From: Paraspadella gotoi
Taxonomy: Eukaryota; Animalia; Chaetognatha
Direction: 5' to 3'
Length of the DNA: 63,900 nt
Assembly: GCA_051294375.1 (NCBI GenBank)
Contig: CM119266.1
Coordinates: forward strand, 14,063,614 to 14,127,513
Shown in pieces: positions 39,110-52,190 of the stretch. Below the pieces are notes generated by a model. The model was given only the letters and a program-made list of their open reading frames with translations, was not told the DNA's origin and made no database searches. Positions within the stretch are counted from its first letter, which is position 1. Every line of letters begins with the position of its first letter. Made by a program: the position numbers and the translations under genes.

Positions 39110-41320
39110 GAGACAGAGAGCGATTCCATTCTTATTACCTCTGGCCTCCCGTAACCTTCCGCCTTTTTCCTCCCCCTACCTATTTCTTACCAATCAAAGG
39201 TAAGATTTGCCGAGGGATATAAAGGATGATTGCTTCGGACCAAGCTTTTTTTTTATATCCTACTCTGAGCGATTTCTTCCTTACTCTCCCTTTTTTACCG
39301 ATCCACACCGTTTCTTTATCCTTTTTATTTATTTATTTTTTTTCTCCGATCGGGGGAGATAATCGCCCTAAGAAGGACAGATATAGACGTCCTTTCATAA
39401 CAGTTTTACTCTCCCTTTTATCTCCGACTGTCAACTTTCTCTCAATTTGTGACATCCGCGACTAGACTACGTATATATTTTCTTTTTTTTTTTTTAATCG
39501 GATTAATTTCTCTCTCCTTTTCTTTCTCATTCACACACAAATCTCACAAGACACACACTTCCCACACAAACACAGACACACACAGAGAAACAAACACACT
39601 CTAAGCCCACTCTTCTCTTTTTCCCGCCAAACTCGGTTATCCCTCCGCTCGTTCAGTGTCCAGGAGACCCCGTCCAGAGGCTTTAAAGGATTTCACCTGC
39701 TTCAAGCCTTTTTTCTCATTAGCGCCAAGAAATTGCTTCCATCCATCCAAAAAACTTTTTCCTTTTTTTCTTTTTGTGATTGAACTTCTCGAATCGACTA
39801 CGGGTTCGGTATTGTGATATTTTTATGCTTCTTATTTGTTCCGATTTGTGACATCCAAGAAATTAACATAAATAACTCTTCCTCGTGGTCTATTTTTAAA
39901 AAAAAACTAATTTTAATCAAATTTAGCTATTTTCGAATAGTTGAGAACAAAGTTCTTCCTAAAGTTTTTTTTTCCGAGGCACGTTTCCAAAAACGCTTTA
40001 AAAAAAAACCGCGCGCACACAAAAAAAGAAAAATTGTTTTTCCTATCCCCAACAGTCGTGTTTATGAAAGAGGTGATTTTTTCTACTTAACACATTTTGG
40101 GGTGGAGAGGGTAGAGAAAGAGAGATTTAGAAAGTAAAGAGAAAAAAGAGTTAAAACTTGGAAACTGAAATGCCTGAGAAGTAGAGAAAAATAAGGACGG
40201 CATTATTCTAACTTTAGCGATTTCTTTTCTCTCAAAGAGTAATTTTCTTTAATTTTTTTTTTTTTTTATTATTTTTAACTTGCCTTTCTCTTGTAATCCT
40301 AAATGGTAGCGATTTCTCGGGCGCAATCTTTTTTCATTGCGGCTTCATTTCCAGTATGGGTTTTTCTCCACCCAATGGTTTTCTTGTATCTGTTTTCTTC
40401 TTCTACCTCCCCTTCTTCTTTCTCCTCTATCTTAGTCTCTTTTTTTCTCCTCTTCCCTCCCTCGTGTAATAGCCATCAATTTCTAATTTCTTTTCCATGC
40501 TCTCCCCCCCTATGCATTTGAAAAATCTCTCTCTCCATCTCTCTCTCTTCTCTCTTCTCTCTCGCCTTCTCCTCTCTCTCTCCTCTCCGTCCAGAGGAGT
40601 TTCTGTTAATCTCACCCCGATCGCGACCTTCTGCTTTATTTACTCAGCGCCCCTCGCCCATCCTTCGTCGAATCTTATCACATGTTTAAATGGTTTCTAG
40701 ATTTATACCAAACTTTTGGAATTTCTTTTTCAGAATCGTTTAGGGAGAGACAAGCTCGTTTTTTTTTTTTTTTGTTTTTTTTTTTTTGTGTCTCGTGTGT
40801 TGTGCGTTTGAGTGGAGGGAGGAAAGATAGAGAGGGAGAGGGGAGTAAAGTGAGTGTTATCTATACAGATATAATGGTTGTAAAATTAAAAAAAGTATAG
40901 CGCGAAGAGGCGACGGAAGTAACAGACGTTAAATAGAAGAAAGAAAATTAAAAAAAAGTATTAAGACAGTTTGAAAGATAGAAATAGATTAAAAATTTCA
41001 AAGAATCTTTAAAAAAAAATATTATAGAAACTAAACCTAAAAAACTGGAAAAAAAAAGAAAATAGTATTGGCTAAAAAAAAAGTGAACAGTCCTTGGGAT
41101 TGCGATCCGATAGAGGGACAATTCTGTGCTGGAAAGAAAAGAACAATCTCGGTTTAATAATAAACAACCGATGTGACCGACGTCATTTGTTTTGATGCAG
41201 TTGTAAACGGTACAATCAATCTCCGATTCCATTTAAATACTTTATAATACATCTAAATACTTCTTAATTCTATCTTGATTGCATCCCCATTCTGAGATCG
41301 ATTTTTCGAGGAGCGAACAT

Positions 41321-41352
<32 letters not shown>

Positions 41353-41377
41353 NNNNNNNNNNNNNNNNNNNNNNNNN

Positions 41378-42027
41378 AAAGAAAGCGCAGAACAGACGGC
41401 TACAGAAATGACGATAACACAGGAAAAGAGCGAGCAGCCAGCTATGACGTACGCCGAGTGGAGGAGAGCGCGATTAGCGTACGCACGGATGCACTTCTTA
41501 GGTGTCTGTCGTAAGACGGAAGAGTCTCGAGAGAGTCACAGGACGGTCGAGAAGAGAAGGGGTGGGAGCACAGTCAGGCCGAGATGGCTATGACAGCGAT
41601 CTTAAGGATGACGACGCCGACGCATAGCGGTACGTTACACTTGTAAGTTATGAGAAAGGGAGCACATAAGGAACTCTCAGCTTAGGTTGCGAGTGACGAC
41701 CGGATCGATATCGATAAGCCATAGTATCAGCATTGTCGATTCTGCATTTCACTATTATTCTCTGTGCTTAGAATGCGCACCTTCACTTTACTTCATTCAC
41801 CCCCAGTGATTCCATCAGGCGGACCTCAACGTTCTCCACCGTAAGCCAGTTCACGAGAGTCCACACCGTGAGCTCCGGACTGCCATTTTTCTCTCGACTC
41901 GATTTACGAGTTCGTGCCAGTTCCATCCAGCGTTTACGAAAAATAAAAAACTCGCGTTTATTTTCGTAATAAATTTCAAAGCGGAAAGACGAAAAAGAAA
42001 GAGAGAGAGAGAGCAGGAGACAGAGTG

Positions 42028-42059
<32 letters not shown>

Positions 42060-45000
42060 TAGAGAAGAGCAGAGAGACAGAAGAAGCGAGAAGGAAGAGA
42101 GGTAGAGAGGATAGAGTTTTCGTTTCCAGCCTTTAGTCAGACTTTTTTTTTAGTTGTTACCAGGTTTTTATTCGCCGCGTTTTTATTTTCTTGTGCGGCA
42201 AAACAAAACGAGGAAAAAACGCGGCGGGCAGCCACTAACTTGTCGCAGGCAGACAGCCCGTTTTACGAGTTTCGCTTGCGTCTAGTTCATACAACGACGC
42301 AATACGTGGGGAGTACTACGATACAGCGGAGCAGGACGTCAATCACCGGCCGGAGCGGAACTGAATCGCATTGACACACTCATGCTCGTCGTCGTCGTCG
42401 TATCGTCACCGTCAAGAGTTCTCTCTTCAGTATCGTTCAGCACGACCAAGGATTCCACTATGTCGACGTACATACATGGTTTCTTCTTGCATCGTACTTG
42501 ATGAGAGCCAGAAAACAGAGACAACTAAAGCGATCCTCCGGCTTTTTTCTTTCGCCGGAGGAGGAGAGACTGTGAGCACAGAAGCTCACAGGGGGAGAGC
42601 ACGCTCTGTTTGCCCTTAGAAACGAGTGCGGATGTTTCGTCAAATATCAGACGTCCATGGGATCTGCTTCAACACGCTAATCAGAACGTTCGCACACCGA
42701 CTCTCGGCTCCTCATCTCTATCACTCTCAACTGCCGTCACTCTCTCTCCTCTCTTTCTCTCCATCTTACAGTGGGCTCTGCACAATCTACATCGCTCGGC
42801 TTCTTATTCTTCTCACTTCTAGACACCGAAACGTAAACACATGACCACTGTGCGAGAATCACGAGCGCACTGTCTCAAATTCAATTATAGTTCTCCAGTA
42901 TGACATCTATGTACGTGTGCAACCAATTAACAGAACGCAGTATGTTACGTTTACTTGCGAGTTATCGAGAGGAGCGGGGGCGGCGAAATATAGTATATGA
43001 GAGGAGACACAATCGATCGCTCGAGCGGCGACGCGGAGTTTTTCACTGCAGACGTATCCACGAATCGTGCGGCGCGCTGAGTGCTCTCCAGCGCTGAATA
43101 GCATCTTTCAGTCGCGGTCTAACTCATGACCCATCGTGGAATGAGAGTAATGAAGATATGCGCTTCCGTCTGGCAAGCTCTGTATCACGACGAAAGATTC
43201 ACATAGTCGTGGAAATCAGCGTTTCAACCGCGAACTGCGCGCTCTTAGGAGTTTCGTAAGCTAGGGACGTGCAACGCTGCCGTGTCCTTCTATTAAACTG
43301 CTGGCGATTCTGCTTCACAGCTTTATTTTTTCACGGCATCGAGATAGTGATCGTGAATGGCCTTTGTTTCGGTTCCGCTCTTTTCTGACCAGTGAGAATC
43401 TAGCACCGTTGTACATAAGTGACGTTTATATAGATTGACAGTTGACATCAAATAATTATATTCGCAACGATCCTGACGTTCCCATTCTCTCATCTCTTTG
43501 TACCTCGCCCGCTTGAAATAGGCAATAAAATATATACAAGGTTTATGTTTGCATGATCACGCTTTTCAGTTCAAATGGCCGCGTGTTCAAGATAGCCATG
43601 AGTACAGAGAAACTATGTGTCAGAAATCACTCTCATTATCTAGCCCAAGGACTTATGCGCTCTGAGAATCAGAAAACAAAATAGCTCCTGTCGCACGGTA
43701 AGACAGGCTCATCCGTGTCGAAAACTGCCCATAAAGGAGCGCTGCTTTTGTGGAAGAAAAATCATCACAGCGCTTCTGCTTCCACTAGAACGGATTGAGC
43801 CCCGTCGAGCGAGCCATCCTGGTTCCTTGGACTCAGGTTCATCGACTCGTCTAATACCAAAATAGAGTATCTTCACGAATGGCAATTCAGAGAAGGCATA
43901 AAATCAAGAGAAGGGAGAAACAAAAGAGAGCAAGGCGAATACCTATTCTTAAGAGTTCACAATGAATGCAACCCCGCTTCCCTCGTTCTAAAAAAGCCAC
44001 TGGATTTGACTTTTCACTTCTCGCTCAGCGACATCGTTCTATGCATTTATCGACCACTGAGGACAGTCTACGTGCACTTTCTACTCGAATAGGTCTGCTA
44101 CTCGTTCGTACTTTTGTCCTCGTCTCTCTGCATCTCGTCTCCGTATCCGATCGTCAGTGCGCTCGCGCCGCTCTCTTTCTCTGCCCTGCGGCGCTCATAT
44201 CGCTCTCGTATCCGTTCGCTCTCGTGTCAGTCTCACAGTTCAACAACTTGCACATGTGGTTCAGCCTTCTTGTCACTTTCAATCCTGATTGACTTGCACT
44301 TTAGTAGACAGAGAAGATACGGTATAGCCGTAGTCTTTTTTTTTTTTTTTTTCGATCGATATATATCGGACTTTATAATATGAGTCGCTATCGTGTCCGG
44401 CACAGCACAGGAGCTCTCCGCAAAAGAAATTGCAGAGATAGCTTTAGTTACAGTTGCGATCCTCAAACGTGAAATAATCCTAAATAGTCTTTTATCAGCT
44501 ATGATTCCAAAAATAATATTGTTTTAAAACTTACTCGCTGGTATCTTCGTAGAAGTTGCTATGAACACTCCTCCCTAGAAGGAGAAGACACGAAAGAGTG
44601 GGATGATAAGAGAGAAAATATGTATGAGAGAGTAAGATGTGAGTCTATACGGAGATGAAAGAAACACAAAAAGGAAGGAGCGAGGCGTTCAAGCAGATCA
44701 CGCAGAGAATGAGTGAGAGAGGATGAGTCCCTATGCAGACGCCGTCGGACGCGATGTCATAGTAGAAAGAGAGAGAGAAAAGAGGCAAGTGATAGTGGAG
44801 CGAGAACGCAATTATCCCGCAATACTAGAGCGGACGAAAGTCTGCGGAAGAAGTGGACAGTGTGAGACTTTCAGTATGTCTCTTGTTTATTTCACTCTCA
44901 GTATTCTTGCTACCGAGTGAAGAGTATGAGAGAAGAGTAGATGCAGAGAGAGGTCTATTGTTAGAGGATGGGATGGCCGATGCGAGGGAGGGAGTTACAG

Positions 45001-46540
45001 GGAAGAGGCAGTAAAGAGGAGATAGCGGGAAGTTAAGTATCACACTTTAAAGAACAACAATTAATACCTAACGATGAGAAGAGCCATAGAGTCGTCCGGC
45101 CCTCTGCTCACTTCACTTGTTCTCGACTTGTATCTGATGCTCCATGGCGGTGTCCGTCGAGCGCCTGGAAATTCATTCTCTGTACTATGACTTCGATTCG
45201 ATTCGACATACGTCACTTCAGCGTGAGTTTTCGCGACTTTCTAGTACAGATGTCTCCATATTATTCTCTTTCTTCTCCCTCTTCTGTCTCTTTCTTCTTT
45301 TCTTTTCTTTTCTTGTTCTCTGTCCTCTCCTTTCTTCTCTTTGGATTTACTTTCTTGTGTCTCTTGTCTCATTAGTCTTTTGTATGTCGTGTTCTATACA
45401 GTGCGTCGAGTGTGCTGTGTCTTCTCTTTTCTCGGTTTGTTTTCGAGCGGTTATTTTCTGTTTTCGATTTTGCCGTTATTCGTTTTAAAGTGTGTTCTTG
45501 GTTGAATGATGTCTTAAGTTATTTATTTTTTTTCTTTCAGTATGAGATTTATTCTCTGTGTATTTTGCGTATTCTTTAGCCTACATTTTGATGATCGATC
45601 TTGCTCTTTTTTCTTTTTTTTTTTTTTTTGGTATTGTATTTGTTCTTCTTCTGAGAGATTGTTTTTGGTCTCTCCGATGATGCTGCGGCGTTCTGTTATG
45701 TTTATACGTTGCTCGGCGTCAAAGTTTAGTCTTGCAAGTTAAATATTTTATTTAATTTAATCCATAAGTCGCTCTCTATTCGTCTCATCCTGTTTCGATG
45801 ATTTTTCTTTTATTTTAGTTCATTTGTTTTTTATATCGTTATTTCTTTATTGTTTGTCGTCGCTTTCTTTCTTCTGTTTTCTCTTATTATATCTTATATT
45901 ATCTTCTGTATTGTTTTTTTTTTATATATTTCTATATATTTCGTCTTGTTTTTTTTTCTCTTGTTTTTTTTTTTTTTTCACACTATTATTTTCTTTTGAA
46001 CTTATAATATTATCTATTTGTTCGGATTCGTCTGAGGTGTATCTGATATTTTTTATTATATTACTTTTTTTATATATTATTTTTGCTTTACTGGTGTATA
46101 TTTGTTATTGGTTGGTATGATTTGATAGTTCTTGTTTTTTGCCTTATTTGTTTTTTTTTTTTTTTTGTTTATGTGTCGTGTGCTGTATCAAGTCTTTGGG
46201 AGCATGGTGTAGCTTGACGTGGCCAAATTACGGAGCTGTCTAGTTCGCCATGGTAACTCAATACGATCATTCGCCGGGTCTCCGTCGCGCGGAGTTGTCG
46301 CTGGGTGGCTTCCCGTCCTTGTTTCGATGCTTTGTCCCGTCTCTCGCCCTATGTTTTTCCGTTGCCTCGTGGATGCTGGATCTTCGTGCTTGTTTCTTCT
46401 CTTGTGTCTCTCCTTCTCTTCTTTCTTTGCTTCTGTGTCTTTTCTTTCAGTTTCTCCGTTTTTTCCTCTCCTCTTCCTTTCTATCTTAATTTCTTTCTCT
46501 ATCGGCTTGTCTCTGGTTCCTTCTCTTCATCTCTCCTCTT
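41378..46540 (-). other. Probable assembly artefact: very noisy inverted long read covering 52340 back to ~46550
   Basis: ~41770-41940 matches rc(52200-52345); ~42115-42400 matches rc(47930-48174); ~43280-43400 matches rc(47295-47400); ~44340-44520 matches rc(46560-46685). Starts after the N25 at 41353-41377. The right boundary is approximate. Confidence 0.8.
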
Positions 46541-48199
46541 CCTCCACATGATCAAGATAAGCGATTTTACTTTTTTTGGATCATAGCTGATAATAACTAT
46601 TTAGGATTATTCTTTATCACTTAATATCTCAATTCTTTGGGCGCGCCGCCGACACAAAAGTCCGTTTTCGATCGAAAAAAAAAAANNNNNNNNNNNNNNN
46701 NNNNNNNNNNNNNNNNNNNNNNNNNNNNNNNNNNNNNNNNNNNNNNNNNNNNNNNNNNNNNNNNNNNNNNNNNNNNNNNNNNNNNNNNNNNNNNNNNNNN
46801 NNNNNNNNNNNNNNNNNNNNNNNNNNNNNNNNNNNNNNNNNNNNNNNNNNNNNNNNNNNNNNNNNNNNNNNNNNNNNNNNNNAAAAACGAGTGACAGAGA
46901 TTGAGTGAGTGAATAAAATTAGTGTCGATAAATAAAGAGAGAGTGAGACGAAGTGAAAATGAAATCAGGCGGCTTTTTTTAGAAACGAGGGAGCGGTTGG
47001 ATTTTATATAGAAAGAAAGGATCCGGCTTGTTCTCTTTTTTTTTCCTTTTTTTTTTTCCTTTTTTCTTCATTCCGTAATTGTTTGCGGAGAAATATCCAA
47101 GGAACCAGGCGGCTCGGGTTCACGTGACCAGGATATTTTTTTCTTTCTCAGCGTAATCTTAGAAAATGTTTATTTTTTTTATGTACTTAAACGTTGAATA
47201 ACTAATCAAACATAACTTTTTTTTCTTGCAAGGGGGAAAAGAGGAGAGAAGAGGAGGTTAATTTTTGGTCAACTCGGTCTTTTCACATGAAAACGTCTTA
47301 TGGTCAGAAAAGGAACCGAAACAAAGGCCATTCACGATCACTATCTCGATCCGTGAAAAAAAAAACTGTGAGAATCGCGCGTTTATGAGAAGGACGAGTT
47401 CCTCACTTCAAACTCGTAAACAATCGGAAACGCATTCACGACTTTTTTTTCTGTGAAAGATTCGACGAGGACGAAGATAACATTCCGGTCGAGAGACGAT
47501 AAAATATTCACGAGAAAACGGAGATGTGAACCCGAGGAAAACCGTCACACATTGTCTCTCCTCATTCAACCCCCCCCCTCCTCTGACGAAATAAAGATAA
47601 ACCCGTAATTGTCCGTCTTTGTTAACTTTTAATTTGAGCGGCGATTCGAAGAATTTCGATGGGNNNNNNNNNNNNNNNNNNNNNNNNNNNNNNNNNNNNN
47701 NNNNNNNNNNNNNNNNNNNNNNNNNNNNNNNNNNNNNNNNNNNNNNNNNNNNNNNNNNNNNNNNNNNNNNNNNNNNNNNNNNNNNNNNNNNNNNNNNNNN
47801 NNNNNNNNNNNNNNNNNNNNNNNNNNNNNNNNNNNNNNNNNNNNNNNNNNNNNNNNNNNNNNNNNNNNNNNNNNNNNNNNNNNNNNNNNNTTTTTTTTTC
47901 CTCACGAGGAAAAATTTAAAGTGAATGAGGTCGTGACCGATATGAAAAACATGACGACGATAACGACGACGACGACGACGATGATGATGATTCGCAGCAT
48001 TGACGCTGATCGAGAACTGCCGATGGGTTTTAACGACGAAACTCGTAAAACCGTCTCGCGCAATATGGCTCCGCCGCGTTTTTCTCGTTTTGTTTTGCCG
48101 CCAAACAAATAAAAACCGGCGAATAAAACGGTAAACAACTAAAAAAAAATCTACCTAAAGCTGGGAACGAAAATNNNNNNNNNNNNNNNNNNNNNNNNN

Positions 48200-51100
48200 C
48201 TCGCGTTTATTTCGTAAATAAATCAAAAGGGGGAAAACAATAGAGAGAGAAGAGAGAGAGAGCGAGAAGAGAGAGAGAGAGAGAGAAGAGAAGAGAGAGA
48301 GAGAAAATTTTCGTTCCCTAGCCTTTTAGGACACAATGAAAAAATAACGTGGCGTTAACTGTCATCGTGCTGATTTTGTCGCCTTTAAAATTGTCTTTCT
48401 GGGCCAAATTAACTTGATTATTCCTTTTGGTAATGGATGTGCGATATACACTACTGGACATTCACCTGGGTGTCTGACCATGAACGCCTTGACACATTAA
48501 CAAAAAGGCTAAACGTGGATTTCAAAATAGTAAAAAAAATATGAAGCAATTATAGCCTCGGAAACGCTATACAAAATTTTAGAACCAATTGCTTTTATTA
48601 AATGCAAAAAAAAAATATTAAATATTATTAAAACAAAACTTTTAACGATAAACTTAATAGTTTAACCGAGACCAACGAATGACAATATTTTTTAGTTACC
48701 CATCCATTTCCTCAATTTTAATATGAATCCATAATTGTTTGTAAATTAGTCAATTAATCTAAATAACAATAATACAAATTCATTTTTCAATTTTTTTTAA
48801 TGAATGGGGAAGTTTTTCTCTGCTTACTCCCCTTGTGTCTAATTAATCTAATATTTTAGAGGTATTTCCAAAAACGTTAATATAATTATTATATTTTATC
48901 ACTTTTTGTTCAATTCTTTTCAAACAAAACAACATGCATAAAAAACATTTTAAATTAATTGAAAAAAAAATTGATTGAATGATTTTGGAAAAAAATTATT
49001 TTTGAAACTTGAGAATAGATGGATTTTGAGTTAGGAAAAAGAAATTTTGCAATTCTAAAACACTCAGGCAACTAATAGCCTTTCAATTTTTCTAGAGGTG
49101 ATTTTTATTTTTTTTGATGATTTTGATTTTTTCTATGCAACCATTTATTCTCAATGAGCAATAGGGTTTTGGAAAAAATTTTTTTCCAAACAATTTTAAA
49201 AATTTCAACGTTTTTAAATTAGGCTTTTTTTTTAGGAGGAATAAAGTAAATCAATTATATAACCAATGGGTATCTTGAAAGTGGAATATGTCTCCTAAAT
49301 GAACAAAAAAAAAAAATGTTTCGCTTTCAAGTTTATTTTAAATTAAGTATTGGTATCAATAGAATAAGTGAGATACTCCCGCTTGCAACAATTTTTTTAA
49401 TTTAACAAAGATTTGTACTGCGCGTAAGTTTGAAAAAAATTATTTTTTAAACTAACTTTTGAAAGAAAAGAGCTCAGCAAGAGATATGGTTGTGGTATCA
49501 AATTAAAGCCCTAATCATGGGACAACCTTTCTAAAAAAGTTTTATTAAATTAAATCCATAACAATTTGTTATACAGCTTTTTGTTTAAATCAGAGTTAAA
49601 AAGTAATAACAGTTTTTGCTTTAAAAATTTCAATGAAGGCATATGAATTTTTCTATTTTTTCTTTGAATTTGAAAAAGGGAAAGACCTGAATTTACATTT
49701 TGATTATTATTAAATTTTCTTTTTATTCCAATAAAAACTGCTTTATTTTTTAAGTTAAAGTAAAAACAAGCAAAAATTTAAGGTTTGTAGCTTGAATAAA
49801 ATGTTTTTTTCAAATATCAAAAATGATAAATACAAAAATGTTTTTTCAGCTTGATATGAACAGTCTGGTACATCTACCTTCTTGTCTGTGAAAAAAAAAT
49901 TTAGCATTTTTTCAATTATCTTTTAACTGCAAACTAAAAGCTTGACAGCAGTGACTGCGCTTTGTTTATCATAATAAAGTTGTTTAAAAAACTTATATAG
50001 CACTGGCAATATGGAGTTTGAACCAAGGCAAGACATCATTGTGTTAAATTGTAATTGATAATTTTCTTATTAAATATAGCAAGGAATTTCAATTTATTAT
50101 TCTATTTAGATCCATATTTTTTAAATTAAATAAAAATATTCTCGTAATAGCCCCATTAGAAAGGGTACATTGACCTGACTTATGATGGACATTTTTTGAT
50201 ATCTGTCTAACTGCTGTCCATTTCCACAAGGATATAAAGGTCATGGTTATCAATGTCAGTAAGTCCCAGATTAATCTTACCCTTTATACAACCTGCATTC
50301 TGATTTTCTTTTTTTCCTTTCAAATGTATTATAATATATATATTAAAATTATTGAGAACGAACAATCGGCGTGGAGGGATGCCATTGGTAAGCGCTTACG
50401 TTACGCACCACTTCCGCCGAATCGAAGTTTTTTAAATGTAGGTTTTTTTTTTTCCCAATCTATTTGAGACAATAAACACTAACCTATTGGTACTATTATT
50501 TTTTTTATTTTTTTTCTATTACAAATTCTAGGAATAAATAATGAATAAAGTAACCTTTTTAAAAAAAACTTATGGCATCTTTCACCCTATATTTGGTCAT
50601 ATCTAAAAAACAAAAAAAGATTGTTGGGCATTGGATATCTCTTGGAATATCGACATATGAAACTATAATTGTTTTTCAAAAAATTTAAAAAAGAAATATA
50701 ATAAATATTGAACATGGTGGGAATTTTTTTATGCAACGGAACAGTAAAACGCCCACGTTATTTCTTTCAAAATTGTGTCTTAGGTTAGATTTTTTTTTTG
50801 TAGTTGTTTACCGTTTTTATTCGGCCGGGTTTTTATTTGTTTGGGCGGCAAACAAAACGAGAAAAACGCGGCGGAAGCCCATATTGGTACGCGAGACGGT
50901 TTTACGAGTTTCGTCGTTAAAACAGCCATCAGGCAGTTGTCGATCAAGCGTCAATGCTGCGATCATCCATCCATGCGTCCGTAGTCGTTATCGCTCGTAT
51001 CGTCGTCATGTTTTTTTCATATCGGTCACGACTTCATTCACCTTTAATTTTTTTCCGTCGCGAGGAAAAAAAACACCACCCAAGTCCTCGCAGTTCTTTC

Positions 51101-52190
51101 TTTTTATCGTCAGGGAGAAGTGACAAAGAGAGGGAAGAGATGTATGTGCCCCTTAAGGAATAGTCAAATAAAGATCGGGATCTGCAGGAAGTAATCAAAG
51201 TTGTGGGACTCCTCTTCTCTCTCTCTCTCTCTCTCTCATCTCTCTCCTCTCTCTCTCTCCTCTCCTCTCTCTCTCATCTCTCCTCTGCTGCTTCGGTCTC
51301 TCGTCAGCTGCTCTCTTCTCTCTCCTCGAAATTCTCGAATCGCCGCTCAAATTAAAATTAACAAGACGGACGAATTACGGTTTATGCTTTAATTTCGTCA
51401 GAGGAGGGGGGGGGGTTGAATGAGGAGAGACAACCGTGGACACGGTTTTTTCCTCGGGCTTCAAAACATCTCCGTTTTTCTCCGTGAAAATATTTAATCG
51501 TCTCTCGACCGGGAATGTTATCTTCGCTCCTCTGTCCAATCTTTCACAGAAAAAAAAAAGTCGTGATGCGTTTCCTGATTGTTTATCGCGTTTGAAGTGA
51601 GGAACTCGTCCTTCTCATAGCAACCGCGCGATTCTGACAGTTTTTTTTTTCCACAGGATCGAGATAGTGATTGTGAATGGCCTTTGATGTTTTCGGTTCC
51701 TTTTGGTGACCGGATAAGAACGTTTTCATAGTGAAAAAGGCCGAGTTGACTGGAAAAATGAACCTCCTCTTCTCATCGCATCTTTTCCCCGCTTGCAAGA
51801 AAAATAAAACTTATGTGTTTGATTAGTTATTCAACGTTTAAGTACATTAATAAAAATAAACATTTTCTAAGATTAACGCTGAGAAAGAAAAAATTATCCT
51901 GGTCGCACGAGTGAAACCCGGAGCGCGCCTGGTTTTTCCTTGGTTTTTTTCATACTCGCAAAAGCAATTACGGAATGGGAAGAAAAAGGGAAAAAAGAAG
52001 GAAAAAAAAAGGAAAAAAAAAGGAACAAAGCCGGAATAACCTTTCTTTCTATATAAAATCACCGGCTCCGCTGATTTCTAAAAAAAGCCGCGTGATTTCA
52101 TTTTCACTTATCGTCAATCACTCCTCATCGTTTAATTTATCGACACTAATTTTATAATCACCGCTCACTCCAATTCTGTCCTCGTTTTTT
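48200..52190 (-). other. Probable assembly artefact: inverted long-read copy of 46883-48174 carrying a TE insertion
   Basis: 50785-51072 matches rc(47891-48155) and 51325-52185 matches rc(46883-47663), both with scattered indels. Starts after the N25 at 48175-48199. Confidence 0.88.
48330..50779. mobile_element. ~2.45 kb non-autonomous TIR DNA transposon with 3-4 bp TSD (TTA/TTAG); superfamily unresolved
   Basis: Left end GACACAATGAAAAAATAACGTGGCGTTAACTGTCATCGTGC matches rc of the right end GACACAATTTTGAAAGAAATAACGTGGGCGTTTTACTGTTCCGTTGC (~40-45 bp TIR). TTAG flanks both sides (48326-48329, 50780-50783). The empty site CTTTAGGTAG is seen at rc(48151-48160). The interior is AT-rich with no ORF. 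Confidence 0.8.

Noticed and set aside
48332-48338. Transib/RSS-like terminus CACAATG
   Set aside because: The inverted repeat extends outward beyond CAC (GACAC...GTGTC), and no 5-bp TSD flanks CAC...GTG, so a Transib assignment is not supported.
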